Assembly (NCBI GenBank): GCA_044238535.1
Contig: JBIIDF010000001.1
Span: 1 to 46,361, forward strand
Length of the DNA: 46,361 bases
Origin: Vicinamibacterales bacterium
GTDB lineage: Bacteria; Acidobacteriota; Vicinamibacteria; Vicinamibacterales; UBA2999
Direction: 5' to 3'
In this document: piece after piece, positions 7,551 through 16,614 of the stretch
Layout: every line of letters begins with the position of its first letter
How positions within the stretch are numbered: position 1 is the first letter of the stretch
Made by a program: the position numbers and the translations under genes
The notes under the pieces: generated by a model
The model's database searches: none
The model's input: the letters and a program-made list of their open reading frames with translations, nothing else
Told to the model about the DNA's origin: nothing

Positions 7551-10352
7551 GTGCGGCATGGCTCGTGCGTCCTTCGTGATACGCGGTGGGGTCTCGCCGT
7601 TGCACTGACGCTGGGTGTGCTGGCTGCACCGGCGGCCGCACAGAATCGTCTGTCGGCTGACGACCTGTCGGTGCAGCGCTTCCTCACGAGACTCGAACCG
7701 CTCTTGCTGGATCCGTCGACGGAACGCTGGCAAAGCCTGATCTCGAAGGTCACCAGCGCCGAGGTGGTAGGCGAGCGCCTGATGGAGCTGACGCCATCGG
7801 ACGCCTCGCGCGTGATGGTGCGCGAGCGCGACTACCAGCCACTGTCGGGGGCCTTGCCCGGGGACGGGTATCAACTGGTGCTCGATATCTTCGTCGAGTC
7901 CGACCACGGGCGTCGCGGCCAGATTCTGACGTGGGCGGTCGATATCCGGCGTCCCCGCGATGGGGACGAAGAGCAGCCCTGGCGCATCGTGCACGTGGAG
8001 CAACTGGGACTGGTCGACGGCCTGTTTCAACTGACGCTCGATGAATCGGTGGCATACGCGGTGTCGCAGTTTGCGGTGCAGGCAGTAGACCTCACCCTCG
8101 AACTGCAGAAGGGGCACGTGCTGGTGGTCCCCACGCCGGACGGCATCACCGGACTGATACTGCTGGGGGATGGCGCGATGCGGTTTTCCCCCGGGCCGAA
8201 ACAGGAACAGGGGCAGCTGCAGATTTTCAGCGGGTCTTCCGCCCTCGACACAGCATTTGCGGTCGCGTTCGTCCGCCTCAATCCGGTCGCGGCCGCGCAA
8301 CTGCAGCGCGACCTCGAGCCACACCGGGTGGCACCTGAGCGGTCGCTCGTACGACGTGCCCGCGAGGTGTTCACTGAGGAGGTCGGCAAGTCCTACAGCC
8401 TCGACCTGAACGACCTCAGTCGTGCGGTGTGGTCGCTGCTGCCGCAGCCCGGCGACATGGTCGCCGAAGTGCGCACCAGACGTCATGGCCGGCTCACCTA
8501 CGCCCGCACACGTGCCGAGGCTGAGGATGTGACACTGTTCCAGCGCGACCGTGAGCGGACCATCGCTCAGTACGCGTCACCGGAGCAACTGGAGCGGCGT
8601 GGGCGGTTCTATGACGAATCTGATTTCGCCGACATCGACGTCACGGATATCCAGCTTGAGGCCTCGTTCGATCCCGAGCGCGAGTGGCTTGAGGGCCGCG
8701 CTCGACTCCGGCTGGTGACACAGGCACCCGAGATGACTAGCCTCCGGCTCAAGCTGGCTGAGGCCCTGACGGTCAGTGATGTGCAGAGTCCCGAGATGGG
8801 GCGCCTGCTGTTTCTGAGGGTCCGCGACCAGCAGTCGGTCGTGGTGAATCTGCCGGCGGCGATGCCACGGGGCACACCGGTGGCGCTGGATGTCACCTAT
8901 CGCGGCATGTTGCGGCGCCAGACGCTGCACGACGAGGCGGTGGCGGTTGGGCAGGGCGGAGGCGGGCAGGCGGCAGCGGGGCAGGGCGGGGGGCGTCAGC
9001 CCGATCCCCTCCTCGACATGATGGTGCAGCGCCCCGAGCGCTACTGGCTGCTCAGCAATCGCACGGCCTGGTATCCCCAGGCGCCGGTGTCAGACTATGC
9101 GACGGCCACCATGCACGTGAGTGTCCCGGCGGGGTATCAGGTCGTCGGGAGCGGTCGGCCGCCGGTCGGACCACCGCAGGAGGTGCCCCCGGTCGCGCGT
9201 GGGCAGCTCGGGAGTCACCGGTACACCTTCGAGGCGACACAGCCCGTCCGCTATCTCAGCCTCGCGGTATCGACACTGAGCCGGATGGATGCGGCCACCG
9301 TCCTGCTGGATGGTGTCTCAGAATTGGGGGATAAGACCGAAGACGGGGAGGTGGATGGTCGCCAACCTCGAAACACGGTGGACGTCACCATCGATGCCGC
9401 ACCGCAACTCCAAGCGAGAGGGCGCGCGCTGATGGGAGACATCGCCGAGATCGTCCGGTTCTATACACCGATATTTGGCGATATGCCCTACGATTACGTC
9501 GGCGTGGGTCTCCTCGAGGATACGCTCCCGGGAGGTCATGCCCCGGGATACGCCACGCTGCTGAGTTATCCGCCGCCGATGGCGCCCGTCACTTGGCAAG
9601 GCGACCCGGCCACCTTCACCTCCTTCCCGGAATTCTTTCTGGCACACGAGTTGGCCCACCAGTGGTTCGGCCAGGCTGTCGGTTGGAAGAACTACCACGA
9701 GCAGTGGTTGAGCGAGGGCATGGCGCAGTATCTTGCGGGCCTCTTTGCCCGCGAACGGCACGGCGAGGATGTCTTCTCGGAAGTGGTGGCGCAATGGCAT
9801 CGCACGAGCCTGGCGGCTTCTGGTGAAGGACCTATTAGTCTTGGCTATCGGCTGGGCCATCTGAGACGAGACCCCCGCATCTTCAGGGCGCTGGTCTACA
9901 ACAAGGGTGCCGCGGTGTTGCACATGCTGAGGCAATGGGTCGGAGACGACGCGTTCTTTTCCGGCTGGCGCGCCTTCTATGTCAGCCATCGGTATCGGAA
10001 GGGCGGCAGCGACGACCTGCGCCGGGCCTTCGAGCAGGCCAGCGGGCGTGACCTGTCGCAGTTCTTCGACCGGTGGGTCTACGACGACCTCATCCCCGAC
10101 GTCACGTATACGGTGGCGCGCTCGCCGCAGGCGATCACGGTGCAGTTTGAACAGCGCACCCCCGTCACCGAGATGCCTGTGGTCATCGAACTGCGGATGG
10201 CCGATGGGAAGGTCGTCAGGCACCAGGCACGGCTCGACCACCGTCGGCAGGATGTGGTGATCCCGGTGTCCGGCCCTGTCCGTGACATCAGAGTCAATCC
10301 CGACCGGGTGGCACTGGCCCGGTTCTCGCCTCGGCGTGGACCGGCCCGCTAG
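7551..10352 (+). CDS. M1-family zinc metallopeptidase with long N-terminal extension
   Basis: 933 aa with a signal peptide (LGVLAAPAAAQ). HELAHQWFG at residue 699 (nt 9645-9659), followed by WLSEGMAQY, giving HEXXH-X18-E. I could not see a GAMEN exopeptidase motif. Confidence 0.8.
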   Translation: MRHGSCVLRDTRWGLAVALTLGVLAAPAAAQNRLSADDLSVQRFLTRLEPLLLDPSTERWQSLISKVTSAEVVGERLMELTPSDASRVMVRERDYQPLSGALPGDGYQLVLDIFVESDHGRRGQILTWAVDIRRPRDGDEEQPWRIVHVEQLGLVDGLFQLTLDESVAYAVSQFAVQAVDLTLELQKGHVLVVPTPDGITGLILLGDGAMRFSPGPKQEQGQLQIFSGSSALDTAFAVAFVRLNPVAAAQLQRDLEPHRVAPERSLVRRAREVFTEEVGKSYSLDLNDLSRAVWSLLPQPGDMVAEVRTRRHGRLTYARTRAEAEDVTLFQRDRERTIAQYASPEQLERRGRFYDESDFADIDVTDIQLEASFDPEREWLEGRARLRLVTQAPEMTSLRLKLAEALTVSDVQSPEMGRLLFLRVRDQQSVVVNLPAAMPRGTPVALDVTYRGMLRRQTLHDEAVAVGQGGGGQAAAGQGGGRQPDPLLDMMVQRPERYWLLSNRTAWYPQAPVSDYATATMHVSVPAGYQVVGSGRPPVGPPQEVPPVARGQLGSHRYTFEATQPVRYLSLAVSTLSRMDAATVLLDGVSELGDKTEDGEVDGRQPRNTVDVTIDAAPQLQARGRALMGDIAEIVRFYTPIFGDMPYDYVGVGLLEDTLPGGHAPGYATLLSYPPPMAPVTWQGDPATFTSFPEFFLAHELAHQWFGQAVGWKNYHEQWLSEGMAQYLAGLFARERHGEDVFSEVVAQWHRTSLAASGEGPISLGYRLGHLRRDPRIFRALVYNKGAAVLHMLRQWVGDDAFFSGWRAFYVSHRYRKGGSDDLRRAFEQASGRDLSQFFDRWVYDDLIPDVTYTVARSPQAITVQFEQRTPVTEMPVVIELRMADGKVVRHQARLDHRRQDVVIPVSGPVRDIRVNPDRVALARFSPRRGPAR

Positions 10353-10388
10353 GCACATTCCCCCCCCTGCCGGATGCGGTGGCTGCGG

Positions 10389-10394
10389 TATCAT
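10389..10394 (+). promoter_or_regulatory. Candidate -10 hexamer (TATCAT) of a leaderless-type promoter
   Basis: TATCAT lies 6 nt upstream of GTG 10401, with no SD. Confidence 0.4.
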
Positions 10395-10400
10395 TTATGC

Positions 10401-12230
10401 GTGGAAACCGTCACTCTCACCATCGATGGACGTCAGGTTTCGGTGCCGAAGGGCACCACGGTACTGCAGGCGGCCATCCAGGCCGGCATTCAGGTGCCGT
10501 ATTACTGCTATCACCCGGGTCTCGGCATCGACGCCTCATGCCGCGTGTGCCTGGTGAAGATTGAGAAGTTTCCCAAACTGCAGACGTCCTGTTCGACGCC
10601 GGCCGCTGACGGCATGGTGGTGCACACCAACGACCGCGAGGCGGTCGAGGGGCGCGCGGGCGTCTTTGAGTTTCTCCTGATCAATCACCCGCTCGATTGC
10701 CCGGTGTGCGACAAGGGCGGGGAATGCCCGCTGCAGGATTTTTCCTACAAGTTCGGCAACACCGAAAGCCGCATGGATTTTCCGCGGCGCACATTCGATG
10801 GCGAGGGCGTCAAGGCCGACGTCGACTTCGGTCCGACGCTCATGCTGAACCGCAACCGCTGCATCATGTGCACCCGCTGCGAGCGCTTCATGCGCGAGGT
10901 CGACGGCGATGCGCAGATCGGTGTGATCAATCGCGGCAACGGCAGCGAGATTGCCACGTTCAATGACGAAGGCATTCACTCGCACCTGTCAGGCAACCTG
11001 ATGGATGTCTGCCCGGTGGGTGCCATCACCACCAAACAGTACCGCTTCCGGTCGCGGCCGTGGGATAACCCCCATGCGGTGGACACCATCTGCACCGGCT
11101 GCTCGAAGGGCTGCAGCACGACCGGCTGGCTCAAGGCCAAGCCCGAATGGGCCAAGGGTGCCCGTCTCATCCGCATGACCCCGCGCTATAACCCGCAGGT
11201 CAATGACTACTGGATGTGCGACATCGGCCGCTTCAATTTCGGGTGGGTCGAGGGCGACACGCGCCTGCGTCGTCCCGAGGTGCGCACCCGTGACGGTGCC
11301 GTGCAGCAGGTCACCTGGAAAGACGCGCTGGCCCGCGTGCGCGACGTGATGGGCGCGGCCGCACGGCAGGGTCAAGGGTCGGTGCAGTTCCTGGCATCGG
11401 CGCACGCCTCGGTCGAGGAACTCTTCCTGCTGAAGCGCCTCGCGGCCGAAATGCCCGGCGCAGGGTCAGGCGCCCTGCACATCACCTACACGCGCAGTGA
11501 GAAGGTGCAGCCGGCGACGACTCGCTTCCGCATTCCCGCCACCGACGCCCCGAACCTCAATGGTGCCGCCGACCTGGGCTTGCGCATCGGCGCCGGCCTC
11601 ACGGGCGATGCCGACCTGTCGGCCCTGAAGGCCGCTGTGGCCGCGGGCACCGTCTCGGTCGCCTATGTGGTGGACCTCGGCGCTGATGGTTCGATGGGCG
11701 ATATGCAGTGGCTCATCGACGCCCGCTCGGCGGGTCGCGTGGCGACGATTGTCTACGAGGGTGTCGTGAACAGCGCGCTGGCCGGCGTGGCCGACATCGT
11801 GCTGCCCGGCTCGGCGTGGGTGGAAAAAGACGCCGTCTACACCAATGACCAGGGCCACGTGCAGGCCAGCTCGAAGGCCATCACGCCGCCGGGAGAAGCC
11901 GTCGACGACTGGCAGATCCTTACCTCGGTGGGCGCAGCCCTCGGCCTCGAGTTCACCTACACCTCATCCCAGGAGGTGCGCGCCGCCGTCGCCTCTGCGC
12001 TGGCGGCCCGGCCGGCCTACGCCTCGCTCTCGGAGACCACGTTCAACCGTCCCGTCACCGCCGAGCACTGGCTCCAGTCCAGCAATCCCATGGAACGGAT
12101 GAAGTGGCAGGACCTCTTTCAGGACCTGCCCCCCGTCAAGGGTCACAACGTGCAGATGGAGAACCAGCCACCCGCGACGGTCATTCCGCTGCGGCTGGTC
12201 ACCGAAGAAGTCGCGCGCGCCTCTGAATAG
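10401..12230 (+). CDS. nuoG: NADH-quinone oxidoreductase subunit G-like Fe-S protein (orphan)
   Basis: GTG 10401 gives METVTLTIDGRQVSVPKGTTVLQA. 2Fe-2S ferredoxin cysteines (CYHPGLGIDASCRVCLV...SCSTP). HPLDCPVCDKGGECPLQD, CIMCTRCERF and CPVGAIT clusters. CTGCSKGCS and a molybdopterin-oxidoreductase-like C-terminal half. No other nuo genes are adjacent. Confidence 0.75.
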   Translation: METVTLTIDGRQVSVPKGTTVLQAAIQAGIQVPYYCYHPGLGIDASCRVCLVKIEKFPKLQTSCSTPAADGMVVHTNDREAVEGRAGVFEFLLINHPLDCPVCDKGGECPLQDFSYKFGNTESRMDFPRRTFDGEGVKADVDFGPTLMLNRNRCIMCTRCERFMREVDGDAQIGVINRGNGSEIATFNDEGIHSHLSGNLMDVCPVGAITTKQYRFRSRPWDNPHAVDTICTGCSKGCSTTGWLKAKPEWAKGARLIRMTPRYNPQVNDYWMCDIGRFNFGWVEGDTRLRRPEVRTRDGAVQQVTWKDALARVRDVMGAAARQGQGSVQFLASAHASVEELFLLKRLAAEMPGAGSGALHITYTRSEKVQPATTRFRIPATDAPNLNGAADLGLRIGAGLTGDADLSALKAAVAAGTVSVAYVVDLGADGSMGDMQWLIDARSAGRVATIVYEGVVNSALAGVADIVLPGSAWVEKDAVYTNDQGHVQASSKAITPPGEAVDDWQILTSVGAALGLEFTYTSSQEVRAAVASALAARPAYASLSETTFNRPVTAEHWLQSSNPMERMKWQDLFQDLPPVKGHNVQMENQPPATVIPLRLVTEEVARASE

Positions 12231-12256
12231 GCACGCGAGACGGCTCACCCGTCGTG

Positions 12257-13435
12257 ATGCATCGCCGCTCTGGCAAGGCCCTGTTGCTGCTCGTCGTGCT
12301 GGTCATCTCGGCCGGGGCGATCTGGCGTGCCACCGTCAATGAACAGCGACGGGGACAGGAACGCCGGTCCGCCCAACTGCTCGACGGACAGGCCGCGGAG
12401 CTGATCTTTGCGCTCGGGGAATTCCGCAGCGGGCTCTATGCCCTCGTGGCCCCCCAGCAAAGTACGGCGTTCTGGACCGACCGGTTGTCGGCGCAGCTCG
12501 ATGTCCTCGATGGAGAACTCGCCGCCCTCGAGACACCGGCGGCTGAGCGTTTTGCCTTGTTAACCGAGGCCCGGACCACCTTCGACCGCGTCCGTGATCA
12601 GGCACGGCTGATCATCAACCTGGTCGCGTCCGGCGAGACATCCGCCGCCAGCCGGCGCATCTTCGGCACTGCACGCGAGGACATCGAGCGCCTCGTGCTG
12701 CAGCTGTCGGACGCGCGGCAATCGATGGCGCGAGCCGCCTCGTCACGCGAGGGTGGCATGGCCCACGAACAGTCGCTGATCGCCGGCGGTCTAATCTGTG
12801 TCTGGCTGACAGCCCTCCTCGTCCTCGTCATGGCAGACAGCGGCACCACCGCGCTCCGCCCCCAGCACGGTCCAGCCAGTGACCAATCCTCGACAGAGGT
12901 GGGCGGCGCCCCGGTCTCCGACGCTCCGGCCCGGGAGGACACCGCACGGCCGGAGGGAGAGATGGAAGCCCTGGCGGCATTCTGTGACGAGGCGGCACAC
13001 GTACGCAGTACCACCGAGTTGCAGCCGCTGCTGGCACGCGCCTCCGCCGTCCTGTCGGCGCGCGTGCTGGTGGTGTGGATTCGTGATGCCAGCGCCACCT
13101 CGCTGATGCCTGCCCTCGCCCATGGCTACGACGTCGCACAGCTCGCGCGTCGCGGTCCGCTGGCGGTCGATGCACAGACGATGACTTCGACGGCGTTCAG
13201 AACATCAGCGCCTGACATCAGCGCGGCGACCACGGCGCAACCGCGCGCGATCGCCGTGCCCCTCGTGACGGTCGACGGCACCATCGGCGTGCTGGCCGCT
13301 GAGTTGGGCGAGGGAGCGAACGCCGAGCGCCTGTTGCCGGCGGCACGCATCATCGCCGCGCAGTTCGCTGCGCTCTGCCCCTCCTCTGTACCCGACCCGG
13401 CCCCACAGGCGGCGCCAGGGCAACTGCCGCTCTGA
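12257..13435 (+). CDS. Membrane-anchored sensor-like protein with C-terminal GAF-like domain and no output domain
   Basis: TM1 is ALLLLVVLVISAGAIW, followed by a ~150-aa helical extracytoplasmic region and TM2 LIAGGLICVWLTALLVLVMA. Next comes a low-complexity linker, then a GAF-like segment (LLARASAVLSARVLVVWIRD...AIAVPLVTVDGTIGVLAAELG). Start is ATG 12257, or GTG 12254. Confidence 0.6.
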   Translation: MHRRSGKALLLLVVLVISAGAIWRATVNEQRRGQERRSAQLLDGQAAELIFALGEFRSGLYALVAPQQSTAFWTDRLSAQLDVLDGELAALETPAAERFALLTEARTTFDRVRDQARLIINLVASGETSAASRRIFGTAREDIERLVLQLSDARQSMARAASSREGGMAHEQSLIAGGLICVWLTALLVLVMADSGTTALRPQHGPASDQSSTEVGGAPVSDAPAREDTARPEGEMEALAAFCDEAAHVRSTTELQPLLARASAVLSARVLVVWIRDASATSLMPALAHGYDVAQLARRGPLAVDAQTMTSTAFRTSAPDISAATTAQPRAIAVPLVTVDGTIGVLAAELGEGANAERLLPAARIIAAQFAALCPSSVPDPAPQAAPGQLPL

Positions 13436-13444
13436 GTGTGACGC

Positions 13445-14767
13445 ATGGATAAGCGCGACATTCTTGAGCGCGCCGCTGCCGAGCGCGTCAAGTTCCTCCG
13501 GCTGCAGTTCACCGACATTCTCGGCGTCATCAAGAATGTCGAAGTGCCCGACCGCCAGTTTGCCGATGCGCTGGATGGTCGCATCATGTTCGACGGGTCG
13601 TCCATCGAAGGGTTCGTCCGCATCGAAGAGTCGGACATGTACCTGGCACCGGACCTCGACACGTTCCAGGTGTTCCCGGCGAGTGACCCCGGTGGGGCAC
13701 GCGTTGGCCGGCTGATTTGCGATATCTCGAATCCCGACGGTTCCCCGTTCGGCGGTTGCCCTCGCACAACGCTGAAGCGCGTCATCGCGATGGCGGAGGC
13801 TCGCGGGTTCAGCATGATGGCCGCGCCGGAGACCGAGTTTTTCCTGTTTCTGCGGCGCGACGGTCGGCCCACCACCGAGACCCACGATGCGGCGAGTTAC
13901 TTCGACCTGGCCCCGGTCGACCTCGGCGAGGATGTCCGGCGAGAGATCGTGCTGGCACTGGAGCTGATGGGCATTCAGGTCGAAGCGGCCCACCACGAGG
14001 TGGCCCCCGGGCAGCACGAGATCGATTTCCACAGCAACGACGTCCTGACCACCGCCGACAACATCGGTACCTGCCGGTTCATCGTCAAGAACGTTGCACT
14101 CAGGAATAACTTGCACGCCACGTTCATGCCCAAGCCCATCTTCGGTGTGAACGGGTCGGGCATGCATACCCATCAGGCACTCTTCCGCAACGGGGCCAAC
14201 GCGTTTTTCGACCCGGCGGAAGAGTGGCAGCTCAGTCGCACCGGTCTGCACTACATCGGGGGACTGCTACGGCATGCCAAGGGCTACTGCGCCATCACCA
14301 ATCCCCTCGTCAATTCGTACAAGCGGCTGGTGCCTGGCTTCGAGGCGCCCACCGCCATCGCCTGGTCCGAACGCAACCGGAGTCCGCTGGTCAGGGTTCC
14401 GGCCGCCCGGCATCACGACACGCGCATCGAGCTCCGCATGCCCGACCCGGCCTGCAACCCGTATCTCGCGCTTGCGGTGATGCTGCGCGCCGGCCTGTCG
14501 GGCATTGACGAAGCGATCGACCCGGGGCCGCCGGTGAATAAGAACATCTCGCGCATGAGCCACCGCGAGCGTCGCCATCTGCGGATCGACGACCTGCCCG
14601 CCAACCTGAGTGAGGCCCTGGACGAGTTCGAGAAGAGCGATCTGATTCGGGAGACCCTGGGCGAGCACATCTTCGGGCACTTCCTCGAGGCCAAGCGCGA
14701 GGAGTGGGACGGCTATATCAGACACGTGTCCCCGTGGGAGATGAACCGCTACCTGGGTGTGTACTGA
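13445..14767 (+). CDS. glnA: Glutamine synthetase, type I (short, apparently non-adenylylated form)
   Basis: 440 aa. FMPKPIFGVNGSGMHTH, NSYKRLVPGFEAP and VRVP motifs. No Tyr in the adenylylation-loop position (RIDDLPANL). Confidence 0.9.
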   Translation: MDKRDILERAAAERVKFLRLQFTDILGVIKNVEVPDRQFADALDGRIMFDGSSIEGFVRIEESDMYLAPDLDTFQVFPASDPGGARVGRLICDISNPDGSPFGGCPRTTLKRVIAMAEARGFSMMAAPETEFFLFLRRDGRPTTETHDAASYFDLAPVDLGEDVRREIVLALELMGIQVEAAHHEVAPGQHEIDFHSNDVLTTADNIGTCRFIVKNVALRNNLHATFMPKPIFGVNGSGMHTHQALFRNGANAFFDPAEEWQLSRTGLHYIGGLLRHAKGYCAITNPLVNSYKRLVPGFEAPTAIAWSERNRSPLVRVPAARHHDTRIELRMPDPACNPYLALAVMLRAGLSGIDEAIDPGPPVNKNISRMSHRERRHLRIDDLPANLSEALDEFEKSDLIRETLGEHIFGHFLEAKREEWDGYIRHVSPWEMNRYLGVY

Positions 14768-14785
14768 CCGCCACGGGAGGGGTGT

Positions 14786-14804
14786 GATGTAAGATTCTCA
14801 CATC
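14786..14804. promoter_or_regulatory. 19-bp near-perfect palindrome abutting the activator start codon (candidate operator); contains a TAAGAT -10-like hexamer
   Basis: GATGTAAGA-T-TCTCACATC, with 8 of 9 arm positions complementary. It ends 1 nt before GTG 14806. TAAGAT (14790-14795) lies 10 nt before the start. Confidence 0.35.
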
Positions 14805-14805
14805 C

Positions 14806-16215
<1,410 letters not shown>

Positions 16216-16235
16216 CCTGCCAGAGCGACCCGCGA

Positions 16236-16258
16236 CCCGGCCTCAGCCTGAGGCCGGG
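16236..16258. terminator. 23-nt perfect palindrome between convergent genes (candidate bidirectional terminator)
   Basis: CCCGGCCTCAG-C-CTGAGGCCGGG. It overlaps the last codons and stop (16243-16245) of the minus-strand response regulator, and lies 21 nt after the activator stop. Confidence 0.45.
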
Positions 16259-16614
16259 AGCAGGGCCTGAACGTCGGCGGCCAACTGAACCGGGTCGAAC
16301 GGTTTCGTCAGGACGGCCACGGCCCCCAGATCCTTCAGGCGCCCGATATCGACAGCCATGGCCTTGGCCGTCAGGAAGACCACCGGGATCCCGTTCGTGA
16401 CGGGATTGTTGTAGAGCTGATGCAGCACCGTCGGTCCATCCATCCCTGGCATCATCACGTCGAGCATGATGATGTCAGGACGGATCCGCATCGCCAGGTC
16501 GACGCCTTCCTTCCCGCTCGACGCCTCAACCACCTCGAGTCCGCCAATCAGCCGCAGTGACATGTTCACCACCAGGCGAATGTCGTCGTCGTCATCAATG
16601 ACGAGGGCGGTCAC
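16243..16614 (-). CDS. Single-domain response regulator (CheY-like)
   Basis: 123 aa. ALVIDDDDD, DIIMLDVMMPGMDG, VVFLTAK. The GTG start overlaps the kinase stop (GTGA at 16611-16614). Confidence 0.9.
   Translation of the reverse strand: MTALVIDDDDDIRLVVNMSLRLIGGLEVVEASSGKEGVDLAMRIRPDIIMLDVMMPGMDGPTVLHQLYNNPVTNGIPVVFLTAKAMAVDIGRLKDLGAVAVLTKPFDPVQLAADVQALLPASG

Noticed and set aside
7347-8486. Long antisense or out-of-frame ORFs: 7347-8486 (-), 9318-10394 (-), 1744-3114 (+), 5077-6105 (-), 26708-27712 (+), 28088-29200 (+), 36271-37389 (+), 40430-41224 (+) and 42514-43617 (+).
   Set aside because: All overlap ORFs with clear family motifs on the other strand or frame. Their translations are Arg/Pro/Gly/Ala-rich with no recognisable motifs. 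This is typical of stop-codon-poor alternative frames in GC-rich DNA.
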